A DNA stretch of 64,000 nucleotides from Hemiscyllium ocellatum. Taxonomy: Eukaryota. Positions within the stretch are counted from its first letter, which is position 1. Each line of letters starts with the position of its first letter. The position numbers and the translations under genes were made by a program. Shown piece by piece: positions 10,930 through 22,429 of the stretch. Where the stretch lies: the NCBI RefSeq assembly GCF_020745735.1, contig NC_083411.1, positions 34,927,263-34,991,262 of the forward strand, given 5' to 3'. The notes beneath the pieces are model-generated. The model was not told the DNA's origin and ran no database searches. It saw only the letters and a program-made list of their open reading frames with translations.

Positions 10930-13900
10930 CTAATGAGATGAATACAGCAAATCAGGAATCCAGAAGGTTCCAAATTAATCCTTGGGGAACATGGATTCAA
11001 ACCTAACCTCCATCTGGTGGAAGTTAAATTCAGTTGAAAGCCATTTTACCAGAGCAGCCAGGAGAGAAGAAGTGGTGAAGCGAGGGCTGCCGGGAAGGGT
11101 GAGTTTTCCCAAATTAAAAGGGACTTACCTCGAGAGTGGGGCCTCCATTTGCCGAGAGGTGCGAGGGAGGAGCGAAGGACTTCTAGGAAGTCGTATATTT
11201 GTGTGGTTGCATTACCCGAAACACTACTCGGGTAGTGTCTCCCACCCATCCTCCTCCTCTGACCAAAAAAAACGTTCTGTGCACCAGATCGGTAAGGTAA
11301 TGAGTTTATTTTTTATTCCTTATTTTTTCAACAGTCTCTTTGGGAATTTAGAATAGTGGGAATGGAGGTTAGGGCAGTTGCATGTTCCTCCTGCAGAACG
11401 TGGGAGGTAAGGGTCACCACGAGTGTCTCTGCTGACTACATCTGCAGGAAGTACGCCAATCTCCAGCTCGAAAACCACGTTAGGGAACTGGAGCTGGAAC
11501 TGGATGAACTTCGGATCATTCGGGAGGCAGAGGGAATTATCGAGAGGAGTTACAGGGAAGTAGTCACTCCTCAGGTACAAGAAAAAGGCAAATGGGTTAC
11601 AGTCAGGGGACAGAAGGGGAACCGGCAGGCAGTGCAGGGATCTCCTGTAGCCATTCCCCTCAACAATAAGTATACTGTTTTGGATACTGTTGGGGGATGG
11701 GGGAGGGGACTTACCAGGGGAAGGTAGTGGGGCACAGGGCTCTGGCACAGAGTCTGTCCCTGCTGCTCAGAAGGGAAGGAGGAAGAGGAGCAAAGCAGTA
11801 GTCATTGGGGACTCCATAGTTAGGGGCACAGATAGCAGGTTCTTGGGGACGTGAGAGACTCACGGTTGGTGTTTGCCTCCCAGGTGCCAGGGTTTGTGAT
11901 GTCTCTGATCGTGTATTTGGGATCCTTAAGGGGGAGTGACAGCAGCCCCAACTTGTTGTCCACATGGGCAACAACGACATAGGTAGGAAGAGAGGTGAGG
12001 ATTTAAGGCAGAAATTCAGGGAGCTAGGATGGAAGCTTAGAGCTAGGACAAACAGAATTGTTTCTCTGGTTTGTTGCCCATGCCACATGCTAGTGAAGCA
12101 AGGAATAGGGAGAGAGAGGAGTTGAACACGTGGCTACAGGAATGGTGCAGAAGAGAGGATTTTGGATCCTTGGATAATTGAGGCTCTTTCTGGGGTAGGT
12201 GGGACCTCTACAAGCAGGATGGTCTTCATCTGAACCAGAGGGGTACCAATATCTTTGGGGGGGGTGGAATTCGCTAAGGCTATTGGGGTGAGTTTAAACT
12301 AATCCAGCAGGGGGATGGGATCCAAAATTGTAGTTAGAGTATAGTAAAGATTGAGAGTAGGGAGGTCCAAAATCAAGTTTCAGGGATGCAGGATGGTACT
12401 GGCAAGCAAGAAGTTGGTTTGAAGTGTGTCTACTTCAACGCCAGAAGCATCAGGAATAAAGTGGGTGAACTTGCAGCATGGGTTGGTACCTGGGACTTCG
12501 ATGTTGTGGCCATTTCAGAGACATGGATAGAGCAGGGCCAGGAATGGTTGTTGCAGGTTCCAGGATTTAGATATTTCAGTAAGAACATCATAAAAGATGG
12601 TGTGGGGGGTTGGGGGGGTGGGGTCGCATTGTTGGTCAAGGACAGTATTACAGTTGCAAAAAGTATGTTTGGGTCTTGTCAACTGAGGTAGTATGGGCTG
12701 AGGTTAGAAACAGGGAAGGAGAGGTCACCCTGCTGGGAGTTTTCTATAGGCCTCCAAATAGTTCCATAGATGTAGAGGAAAGGATAGCAAAGATGATTCT
12801 CGATAGGAGTGAGAGAGACAGGGTAGTTGTCATGGGGGACTTCAACTTTCCAAATATTGACTGGGGACACTATAGTATGAGTACTATAGATGGGTCAGTT
12901 TTTGTCCAGTGTGATTAGGCAAGATTTAGGAAGCATAGGATGGGAAGGAAACTGCAGGGGATGGGCACTTTAGAAATGTGGAGCTTATTCAAGGAAAAGC
13001 TCCTGAGTGTCCTAGATAAGTATGTACCTGTCAGGCAGGGAGGAAGCTGTAGAGTGCGGGAGCCATGGTTTATGAAGGAAGCGGAATCTCTGGTCAAGAG
13101 GAAGAAGAAGGCTTATGTTAAGATGAGATGTGAAGGCTCAGTTAGGGCACTTGAGGGTTACAAGGTAGCCAGGAAAGACCTAAAGAGAGAGCTCAGATGG
13201 GCCAGGAGGAGACATGAGACGTTGCTGGCTGATAAGATCAGGGCAAACCCTAAGGCTTTCAATAGGTATTTAAGGAATAAAAGAATGATGAGAGTAAGAT
13301 TAGGGCCAATCAAGGATAGTAGTGGGAAGTTGTGTGTGGAGTCAGAGGAGATAGGGGAAGCACTTCATGAATATTTTTCGACAGTATTCACTCTAGAAAA
13401 TGACAATGTTGACGAGAAGAATACTGAGATGCAGGCTACTAGACTAGGTGTGATTGAGGTTCACAAGGAAGAGGTATTAGAAATCCTGAAGAGTGAAAAT
13501 AGATAAGTCCCCTGGGCTGGATGGGATTTATCCTAGGATCCTCTGGGAAGCTAGGGAGAAGATTGCCGAGCCTTTGGCATTGATCTTTAAATTGTCATTG
13601 TCTACAGGAATAGTGCCAGAAGACTGTTCAAGAAGGGGATTGGAGACAACCTTAGTTATTATGGATCAGTGAGCTTTACTTCAGTTGTTGGCAAAGTGTT
13701 GGAAAAGGTTATAAGGGATAGGATTTATAATCATCTAGAAAAGAATAATTTGATTAGGGATAGACAGCGCAGTTTTGAGAAGGGTAGGTAGTGCTTCACA
13801 AACCTTATTGAGTTCTTTGAGAAGATGACCAAACAGGTACATGGAATAGTGTAGGTTAGATGGGTTTCAGATTGGTATGACAGGTCGGCGCAACATCGAG

Positions 13901-14060
13901 GGCCGAAGGGCCTGTACTGCACTATAATGTTCTATGTTCTATGAAACTATTAAATTGAAAACTGGTCTTAACGATGGTGATCATGAGATTATTAATATTA
14001 CTGATTGCCATCAAAATCCGTCTAGTTCTCTAATGCTCTCTCGGGAAAGAAACCTTGCAT
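10930..14060 (+). mobile_element. SacSINE1/DeuSINE-like SINE split by the CR1 at 11040-13942
   Basis: Head at 10930-11035 (ggattcaaacc...ggtggaagttaaattc). Body resumes at ~13945 (gatggtgatcatgag...gattgccatcaaaatccgtctagttc). Colinear with 14393-14720. Confidence 0.55.
11040..13942 (+). mobile_element. CR1 LINE retaining 5' UTR and ORF1 (Zn/leucine-zipper plus SGNH esterase) but internally deleted in ORF2
   Basis: ORF 11356-11727 (CSSC..WE...YICRK...LENHVRELELELDEL). GDSIVRG at ~11808. Endonuclease ORFs 12386-12918 (NARSIRNK, SETW, MGDFN). 3' stem-loop and gttctat tail at 13880-13942. Confidence 0.93.
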
Positions 14061-14392
14061 GGTTTTTGAGAAAGGTAATGGTTTTGAATCTCTGTGGCAA
14101 GGCAGTGGGCTGGACAGTGGTTAATTTTCACCCAATTGCCTGCCTCTCTTGTATGAAAAGTCCTCACCCATGTGTCCTTGAAGAAGGATTATGTAATCTC
14201 TAAAGCCACTCTTCAGATGTTCTGTGACAGGTTGGCTCCACATGAGCTGCTATGTATTATCAAACCACAAAATGATATTTTGATTTAAATTTTAGAAGGT
14301 ACACAAAATTTTAATTTTTTTACAATGCCCCTTGGAGACTTCGAAAGTAATTTTGTTGAACACGTTCATTTTAAAATAATAGACGCTGTACT

Positions 14393-14890
14393 AGGTGATG
14401 GCCTAGTAGTATTCTCACTAGCTAATTAATCCAGAGACCCAGGTGCTGCCCTGGGGACCTGGGTTTAAATCCTCCCATTGTAGGTGGTGGAATTTGAATC
14501 CAATTTAAAAGCCTAGAAGTAAGAGTCTAGTGATGACCATGGAACCATTGTTGATTGTCAAAATGTCCCATCTCATTCATTCATGCTCTTTCAGGAAGAA
14601 AACTGTTATCTTGCCATCAAGATGGCTGACCCTCAACTCCTGTCTTGGCAGTGAGGGATGGGCAATAAATGTCGGCCTAGTCAGAGATGTCCATGTCTCA
14701 TTAATGAATTCACCAAAAAAAGACAATAATCTGATCTACATTTGACTTAAGATCTACAGTAATGTGGTTAACTCTTAACTTTCCTCTGAAATGACCTCAC
14801 AAGACTATCAGTTCAAAGAAAGTTAAGGACGGGCAATGTACATTGGCCTTGCCAGGGACATTAAATTCCAAGAAGAAATAAATGAAAACA
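14393..14890 (+). mobile_element. SacSINE1/DeuSINE-like tRNA-derived SINE with duplicated 3' part
   Basis: gtgatggcctagtag...ctgggtttaaatcc head, tgatgaccatggaaccattgttgattgtc core, gggatgggcaataaatg tail. Confidence 0.7.
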
Positions 14891-15041
14891 AAGAAATTAC
14901 CAATAAAATTGCAGCTACTGTAATTTTCACTTCAACAAAAATCTGAATCTACTTAAATTAAATGTGAAGTAGCAAGTAAGGTAAGTTGATATCATCTATA
15001 AATTGCAAATGGAATAGCAGATAGAACTGAGACCCTCTTAC

Positions 15042-15291
15042 TGATTTAGTTAACAGTCCACTCTACATGTAGGGCCCCAGTTTTGGACACAATTCTTTTA
15101 AACAAAATTTCTATCCTTTTCCTTCAAGAGTATAGTGAATTTCTCCAAAGGCAGTAGATTTTGTATGAACAGGGCTCTATCTGTACAATCTTCCCTGCTT
15201 CCCTTCTCAACTTCCAATGGCCGTGGTAGCATGAATCTACCAGAACCACTTTTACCTCTAAATACAATAGCTCTTTCTGGCCCATCAGTCA
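15042..15291 (-). pseudogene. Candidate decayed NACHT-like exon (Walker A region)
   Basis: Acceptor tttgtttctttcacttctaag and donor ca/gtaaga. Translation IVFRGKSGSGRFML...LLPLEKFTILLKEKDRNF, then a frameshift to CLKELCPKLG. Confidence 0.35.
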
Positions 15292-15775
15292 CTTAGAAGT
15301 GAAAGAAACAAACATATTTATTTGCTTTAGGGCTTCAGGAACCCAAATGGCCAATTTGACTTGTTGACCGTGTCTTCTTTCTAGCTGTTTTGTTACATAT
15401 TTGGTAAGCACATGGCCTCTGTACATCAATTCCTTTATTTCTTCCAATTTAGGGTCACCAAATCACTGAAGCCAGTATTCATAATCTAAACATTATAATT
15501 GATTCATTTACATTTCATACAATCTCTTAAAAAAAAGGTCATTTTAAAGATTTTTAGAAACAATAACAAATTCCCCCAAAACATTTCAAGAATTACAAAT
15601 TTTGCTTGCTGTTACTAATTCTGGTTTAAAGACCATCACACTCTGTACTTCACAACACACATTGGCTTTGTAATCAATACATTGAGTCTGTGCAATAAAA
15701 ACACATGAAACTCCATATATTTCAATTTCAAGTGTAAATGACATCTGCTCTGCACCATCAGAAATGGTCAAAAGT

Positions 15776-16357
15776 TTGTCCAGCAGGCTAAGATAAAAGG
15801 TAGGGAGGAGGGACTTGGGGGAGGGGCGTTAGGAATGCGATAGGTGGAAGGAGGTCAAGGTGAGAGTGATAGGCCAGAGTGGGGGTGGAGCGGAGAGATC
15901 AGGAAGAAGATTGCAGGTTAGGAAGGTGGTGCTGAGTTCAAGGGATTTGACTGAGACAAGGTGGGGGGAGGGGAAATGAGGAAACTGGAGAAATTTGAGT
16001 TCATCCATTGTGGTTGGAGGGTTCCTTGGCAGAAGATGAGGCGCTCTTCCTCCAGCCGTCGTGTTGCTATGGTCTGGCGATGGAAGAGTCCAAAGACCTG
16101 CATGTCCTTGGTAGAGTGGGAGGGGGAGTTAAAGTGTTGAGCCAAAGGATCGTTCCATTTCCAATGCCCCTCCCCCCAAGTCCCTCCTCCCTACCTTTTA
16201 TCTTAGCCTGCTGGACACACTTTCCTCATTCCTGAAGAAGGGCTCAATCCCAAAACATCGATTCTCCTGCTCCTTGGATGCTGCCTGACTTGCTGCGCTG
16301 TTCCAGCAACACATTTTCAGCTCTGATCTCCAGCATCTGCAGTCCTCACTTTCTCCT
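15776..16357. mobile_element. PLE 3' fragment with inverted terminal repeat
   Basis: 15776-16144 minus strand (ORF 15918-16145 AQHFNSPSHS..LEEERLIF, GIY-YIG C-terminus), then the same terminal repeat on plus 16155-16357 with a decayed hammerhead at 16228-16264. Confidence 0.85.
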
Positions 16358-17959
16358 CGAATGTCTGCCATAGCTACCATATAATTTTGTTTGTGGTCTC
16401 ACTCTTACTTTTTTTGCCTGTTTCTAGTCAACAAATAACTACCTAGGATATGTTAATGATTAAATGGACATATTCTGACTGGATGATTTACGTCACTTGA
16501 TGCACCAGTTATTTAATCCGGAATTAGCCATTATTAACATGAATTAGGAAACAACCTTTGAAAGAACAAGCCATCAGTTGCATCTGCTTATCTCTTTGAT
16601 AGCCACATATGAAACTATTTTTGGAATTCTCAATCCAGTCTTTTTTCAAACAGAAATGGACACTGCAGACCCAAACCACATGAAATATCTCTTTACCAAG
16701 TTAATTCCTCACTTAATCCAACACAAATTCCTACTAAGTTATCATTCTAAAATCAATGAATGATTCACATGAGAAATTGAATATTGGCACAGGGATGCTC
16801 TTCCGAGTCTCACATGTTTGTTTTGTTTTTAGATGGTAGCTACCTCATCTGTAATCACTTGATATTGACATAAGGGGCTGTAGTTTCCTGTTGTCAATCA
16901 AGTTGGAATGGAGGCAGCTTGGCAAAAAAAATGACACCTGTAACTTCCATGCCAGTTTACTGCCTCTATTTACAAATTCTGATGATTTTCTGGAGTGTAG
17001 TGATAAAATGGAGTAAGCAGATCAGAAGTTGAAATCATCTGACCCCATTTAGTTGGACAGTTTGGTATCACTAAGAATCTTATTAAGAATTTGTCTTCTG
17101 CTTCTAAGATTTTCAAGGACGCAGGTGACTTTAGGAGCTCTCTGAAGCTGACCAACTAGGAAACACAATTTTGTTTAAAGTAAAAATGTGCAAGTTTGGA
17201 CAATAAAGAATGCCTGAATTGTGAGAAAAACTTTGTAACCAACAGTTTCTCTGCTCTACTTCATTTCCTGACTCTCCATTTCTCAATGTTTCCATAGATT
17301 ATTTTTAGATTTTAAAAGCACCCAAGGGTATGGGGAGAAAGTGGGAAGATGAGAGAAAGGACTGACCATGAGCTTGTTGAATGGTGCTTGTTGAATATTT
17401 TACAATGTTGCTATGATTCTATGTTTTCAATGTTTCCAAAGCCACTTTGAAGATAATAAGCCTCACATTTATTAGGCCACATGCAGACGGGAACCAAAAT
17501 ACTGGCCTCTGACTTAAGCCAGAAAAAGGGCCTGTTTCGCTTTTATATCACTTTTATATCCAGCCCCCAACTCCAACTTCAACTTGGGTAGCATCTTTCA
17601 TGTCATTAAGATCCAATGAAAATTACCAGAACACAGAACATTGGAAATGGTGGTGGTCCTTGACCCAAAATCACACCCATGACCCACTTCTCAACTTCAA
17701 CAGCAAAATCTTACCCCTATAGATGGTCAGCATGGAACATGTTTTCAGATTTCCTGAAATTGACATTTCTTGAACACAAATGTTCTTTCAGTTTAAAAAA
17801 AGTATTCTTGCCTCTTGTTAAGAATGAGCTTTAAATCAGATGTGATGTGCCATTAAAATCAAGCTGAATTGGATCCTCTAGATGAACCTGAGTTAGTGAG
17901 AGAAAGAGGCTTATTCGGAGGTCTGCAACCATCACAAACGACAATTATTGAGAAAAATC

Positions 17960-18920
17960 CCTCATGGACAGTGGGCATCACTGGCTAGGCAACTATTTAT
18001 TGTCCATTTCCAATGCCATGGGGAAGTGGTGCTGAGCTCCCTTCTTGAATTGCTGCAGTCCTTGACTTGTTGCAAGGGAGTTCCAGGATTTTGACTCAGT
18101 AACAGTGAAGGAACAGCAGTATTGTTCTAAGTTAACATGCTGTGTGACTTGGAGGGGGATTTGCATGTGGTGTTCCCATACATCTGCGGTTTTTTTCCTA
18201 CATGGTAAGCGTCTCTGGCTTTGGAAGTGCTGTCAAGGGAGAATTGGTGAATTACTACAACAAATCTTGTTGTTTGCTCATACTGCAATCCTTGCGGGTA
18301 TCAATAATGAAACAAATAAATGATGTAAATGGTGAATGGGACTCCGTTCAAATGTGGGCGGCACGGTGGCACAGTGGTTAGCACTGCTGCCTCACAGCGC
18401 CTGAAGACCCGGGTTCAATTCCCGACTCAGGCGACTGACTGTGTGGAGTTTGCACGTTCTCCCCGTGTCTGCGTGGGTTTCCTCCGGGTGCTCCGGTTTC
18501 CTCCCACATTCCAAAGATGTGCGGGTCAGGTGAATTGGCCATGCTAAAATTGCCCGTAGTGTTAGGTAAGGGGTAATGTAGGGGTATGGGTGGGTTTCGC
18601 TTCGGCGGGTCGGTGTGGACTTGTTGGGCCGAAGGGCCTGTTTCCACACTGTAAGTCTAATCTAATCTAATCTAATCTAATCAAATGGACTGTTTTCTCC
18701 TGAATGGTGTCGAGTTTCTTGAGTGTTATTGAGCCGTGTTCAAGTAGACATGTGGAGACTATTCCATCACACTCTCGATCTGTGTCTTGTAGATAGTGAA
18801 CTGGCATTAGGCTGATAGGAGGTGAGATTCTCACCACAAAATCCATGGTTTCTGACCTGTTCTTGTAGCCACAGTGTGTACAAGGCATTTACATTTTAGC
18901 ATCTAGTCAATGAAAACTGC
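17960..18920 (-). mobile_element. Decayed CR1/L2-clade LINE 3' part sharing its tail with the DeuSINE-like SINE
   Basis: gtgggcatcactggctaggcaactatttattgtccat is antisense to the SINE tail. Same family as 22430-23680 (+). Confidence 0.55.
18356..18680 (+). mobile_element. Young HE1-type V-SINE, full length
   Basis: A box TGGCACAGTGG, B box GGTTCAATTCC, V-core, LINE-like 3' gggccgaagggcctgtttcc, (TCTAA)n tail, TSD tcaaatg (18348-18354 / 18681-18687). Confidence 0.93.
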
Positions 18921-19244
18921 AGATGTTTATCATGGGGAATTCAGTTAATTCAATTTCTAAGACCATAAGGCCTGGGAGTAAAAGTAGACCATTCAGCTTA
19001 ACAAGCTTACTTTGCCATTCAGTGAGATCAGAGTTAATCTTAACATTTTCAAGTCCACTTTCCTGGCTTTTCCCTGATAACACTTTGATTCCATTATTGA
19101 ATAAAAGTTTATCTATTTCAGTTTTGAATATACTTAATAGATCAACATCTACAGCTATCTGCAGTAAATGATTCTACAGATTCAACACCCTTTGAGAGAA
19201 GAAATCTTTTCTCATCGCTGTCTTCAGTATGTGACTCCTTATTC

Positions 19245-19399
19245 GTAGTCACTCCTAGTGTGACTCCTAGTTACAAACACCTGATCAACGGGCAGCATCT
19301 CGAAAGCTCATACATCCAAATAAAGCTGTTGAACTATTACATGGTATTGTGTGATTTTTAACTTTGTACAACCCAGTCCAACACCAGCACCTCCAAATC
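19245..19399 (+). mobile_element. PLE-type terminal repeat (hammerhead family C) with 11-bp TSD
   Basis: cac-CTGATCA...GAAAGCTC core; homologous to 23755-23882; TSD actccttattc at 19234-19244 / 19400-19410. Confidence 0.65.
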
Positions 19400-19647
19400 A
19401 CTCCTTATTCCGAAATTATTGCCTTTGGTTGTCGACACTTCCATAAGGGGAAACAGGCCTGCCACATGTACTCTGTCAAGCTCCCTAAGAACCTTATATA
19501 CTTCAATCAGGTTGCTTCTCATTTTTCTATTTTTCAGTGAGTACAGGCCCAACCTACTCAACCTCTCCTCATCAGATAAATCCCTTGATACCATTAGATA
19601 TTGGGTATCAGTCGAATGAATCTTCACTGGACTACCTCCAAAGACAG

Positions 19648-19695
19648 TATATATATATATATATATATATAGATAGATAGATAGATAGATAGATA
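19648..19695. repeat. (AT)n(AGAT)n compound microsatellite
   Basis: Direct reading. Confidence 0.95.
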
Positions 19696-19984
19696 TCTTT
19701 CCTGAGATAAGGGTCCAAAATTGTCGACAGAATTTCAGCTACAGTCTAACTAGTGCTTTATATAGTTTTAGCAAAATCTCCCTACTTTTATATTCCATTC
19801 ACTTTGACATAAAAACCAACATTGCATTTACTTTCCTTATTGACCACTGAACTTGTATGCTTTCACTTTGTGATTGACTATACATGTTGTTAAAAAATAA
19901 CTACATGTATTGGAAATTGCAATGACTCTAGGCCACATTATGTCAATAGTACTGAAGACTCATGCTCCTGAACTAACTATAGTT

Positions 19985-22335
19985 TAGATCAGAGTGGTGC
20001 TGGAAAAGCACAGCAGTTCAGGCAGCATTCTAGGAGCAGGAACATCGACATTTCGGGTAAAAGCCCTTCATCAGGAATACAGACAGAGAGCCTGAAGGGT
20101 GGAAAGATAAATGAGAGGAGGGTGGGGGTGGGAAGAAAGTAGCATAGAGTACAATAAGTGAGTGGGGGAGGGTGGAGTGGATAGGTGGAAAGGAAGATAG
20201 GCAGGTAAGACAAGTCATGGGAACAGTGCTGAGCTGGAAGTTTGGAGCTGGGGTGAGGTGGGGGAAGGAGAAATGAGGAAACTGGTGAAGTCCACATTGA
20301 TGCCCTGGGGTTGAAGTGTTCCGAGATGGAAGATGAGGTGTTCTTCCTCCAGGCGAAGGGTGGTGAGGGAGCGGCAGTGAAGGAGGTCCAGGACCTCAAT
20401 TTCCTCAGTTGACTGGGAGGGGGAGTTGAAATGTTGGGCCACAGGGCGGTGTAGTTCATTGACAAGGGGTGTCCCAGGGATGTTCCCTAAAGTGCTCTGC
20501 TAGTAGGCGTCCAGTCTCCCCAATGTAGAGGAGACCGCATCAGGAGCAACGGATACAAGAAATGATATTGGTGGATGTGCAGGTAAAACTTTGATGGATG
20601 TGGAAGGCTCCTTTGGGGCCTTGGATGGAGGTGAGGGAGGAGGTGTGGGCACAGGTTTTGCAATTCCTGCGATGGCAGGGGAAGGTGCCAGAATGGGATG
20701 GTGGGTTGTTGGGGAGCGTGGACCTGACCAGGTAGTCATGAAGGGAACGGTCTTTGCGGAAGGCGGAAAGGGGTGGGGAGGGAAATATATCCCTGGTGGT
20801 GGGGTCCGTTTGGAGGTGGCGGAAATGTCAGCAGATGATTTGGATTATGCGAGGGTTGGTACGGTGGAAGGTGAGCACCAGGGGCATTCTGTCCTTGTTA
20901 CGGTTGGAGGAGTGGGGTCTGAGGGTGGAGGTGTGGGATGTGGATGAGATGCGTTGGAGGGCATCTTTAATCACGTGGGAAGGAAAATTGCGGTCTCTAA
21001 AGAAGGAGGCCATCTGGTGTGTTCTGTGATGGAACTGGTCCTCCTGGGAGCAGATACGGCAAAGGCGGAGGAATTGGGAATACGGAATGGCATTTTTGCA
21101 GGAGGTAGAGTGGGAAGAGGTATAAACCAGGTAGCTGTGGGAGTCGGTGGGTTTGTAAAAAATGTCGGTGTCAAGTCGGTTGTCATTAATGGAGATGGAG
21201 AGGTCCAGGAAGAGGAGGGAGGTGTCAGAGATGGTCCAGGTAAATTTAAGGTCAGGGTGGAATGTATTGGTGAAGTTGATGAATTGCTTAACCTCCTCGC
21301 GGGAGTATGAGGTGGCGTCAATGCAGTCATCAGTGTAGCGGAGAAAGAGGTGGGGAGTGATACTGGTGTAATTATGGAAGATGGACTATTCTATGTAGCC
21401 AACAAAGAGACAGGCATAGCTGGGGCCCATACGGGTGCCCATGGCTACCCCTTTGGTGTGGAGGAAGTGGGCGGATTCGAAGGAGAAATTGTTAAGGGTG
21501 AGGATCAGTTCGGCCAAACAAATGAGAGTGTCGGTAGAAGGGTACTGTTGGGCATGTCGGGAAAGGAAGAAACGGAGGGCTTGGAGGCCCTGGTCATGGC
21601 GGATGGAAGTGTAGAGGGACTGGATATCCATTGTGAAGATGAGGAGTTGGGGGCCAGGGAAATGGAAGTCTTGGTGGAGGTGGAGGGCATGGGTGGTGTC
21701 TCGAATGTATGTGGGGAGTTCCTGGACTAGGGGGCATAGGACAGTGTCGAGATAGGTAGAGATGAGTTCAGTGGGGCAGGATCATGTTGAGACAATTGAT
21801 CAGCCAGGATGGTCAGGCTTGTGGATCTTGGGAAGGAGCTAGAACCGGGCAGTGCGGGGTTCCCGGACTATGAGATTGGATGCTGTGGGTGGGAGATCTC
21901 CCGAGGTGATGAGATTCTGTATGGTCTGGAAGATGATGGTTTGGTGATGGAGGGTGGGGTCATGGTCGGGGTGGGGGGGGGGGGGGGGGGGTGGTAGGAA
22001 GAGGTGTCCTTGAGTTGGCGTCTGGCTTCCGCGGTGTACAGGTCAGAGAGCCAGACTACCACTGCGCCCCCTTTATCTGCTGGCTTGATGGTGAGGTCAG
22101 GATTGGAGCAGAGGGATTGGAGGGCTGCACATTGTGAGGGTGAGAGGTTGGAGTGGAGGAGGGTTGAGGCGGTTAATGTCCCGGAGGCAGTTAGAAATGA
22201 AGAGGTCGAGGGCGGATAATAGGCCAGCAGGGGCTGTCCAGGTGGATGCAATGTGTTGGAGGTGGGCGAAGGGGTCCTCGGAAGGTTGGTGGGAGTCCTG
22301 ATTGTAAAAGTAAGCTCGGAGGCGGAGGCGGCAGA
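19985..22335 (-). mobile_element. Penelope-like element, Neptune-type (RT, Cys linker, GIY-YIG), 5'-truncated and frameshifted
   Basis: IKPADKGGAVVVW (21868-22251), MDIQSLYTSI...GVAMGTRMGPSYA (21386-21631), RYTDD (~21330), FPCHRRNCKTC (~20642-20689), CIRCS*CGLLYIGETG (~20510-20580), 3' terminal repeat with hammerhead. Confidence 0.92.
20044..20078 (-). ncRNA. Type I hammerhead ribozyme motif (family A) in the PLE terminal repeat
   Basis: Minus strand ATTC-CTGATGA-A-GGGCTTTTACCC-GAAA-T-GTC-GATG: core intact, GUC triplet present. Confidence 0.7.
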
Positions 22336-22429
22336 ACTAAGTATACCCCAGCTAAGCTTTTCAAGTATCGCTCTAATACTGGCGTCCGCTTAACAGTTGG
22401 ATAATTGCTCAGGTATGGCCTACTCACAA

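Larger units (their letters stand above)
18955..19875 (-). mobile_element. CR1 LINE 3' fragment
   Basis: ORF 19358-19627 (RLSRLGLYSL...NLIEVYKVLR). Interrupted by a PLE repeat and a microsatellite. Confidence 0.8.

Noticed and set aside
18356-18430. tRNA gene
   Set aside because: The A/B boxes are the tRNA-derived SINE head, continuing into the V core and LINE tail.
18329-18649. ORFs over the SINEs (also 48407-48715 and 53226-53707), e.g. MWKQALRPNKSTPTRR
   Set aside because: Chance open frames in GC-rich HE1 SINE sequence, repeated at each copy.
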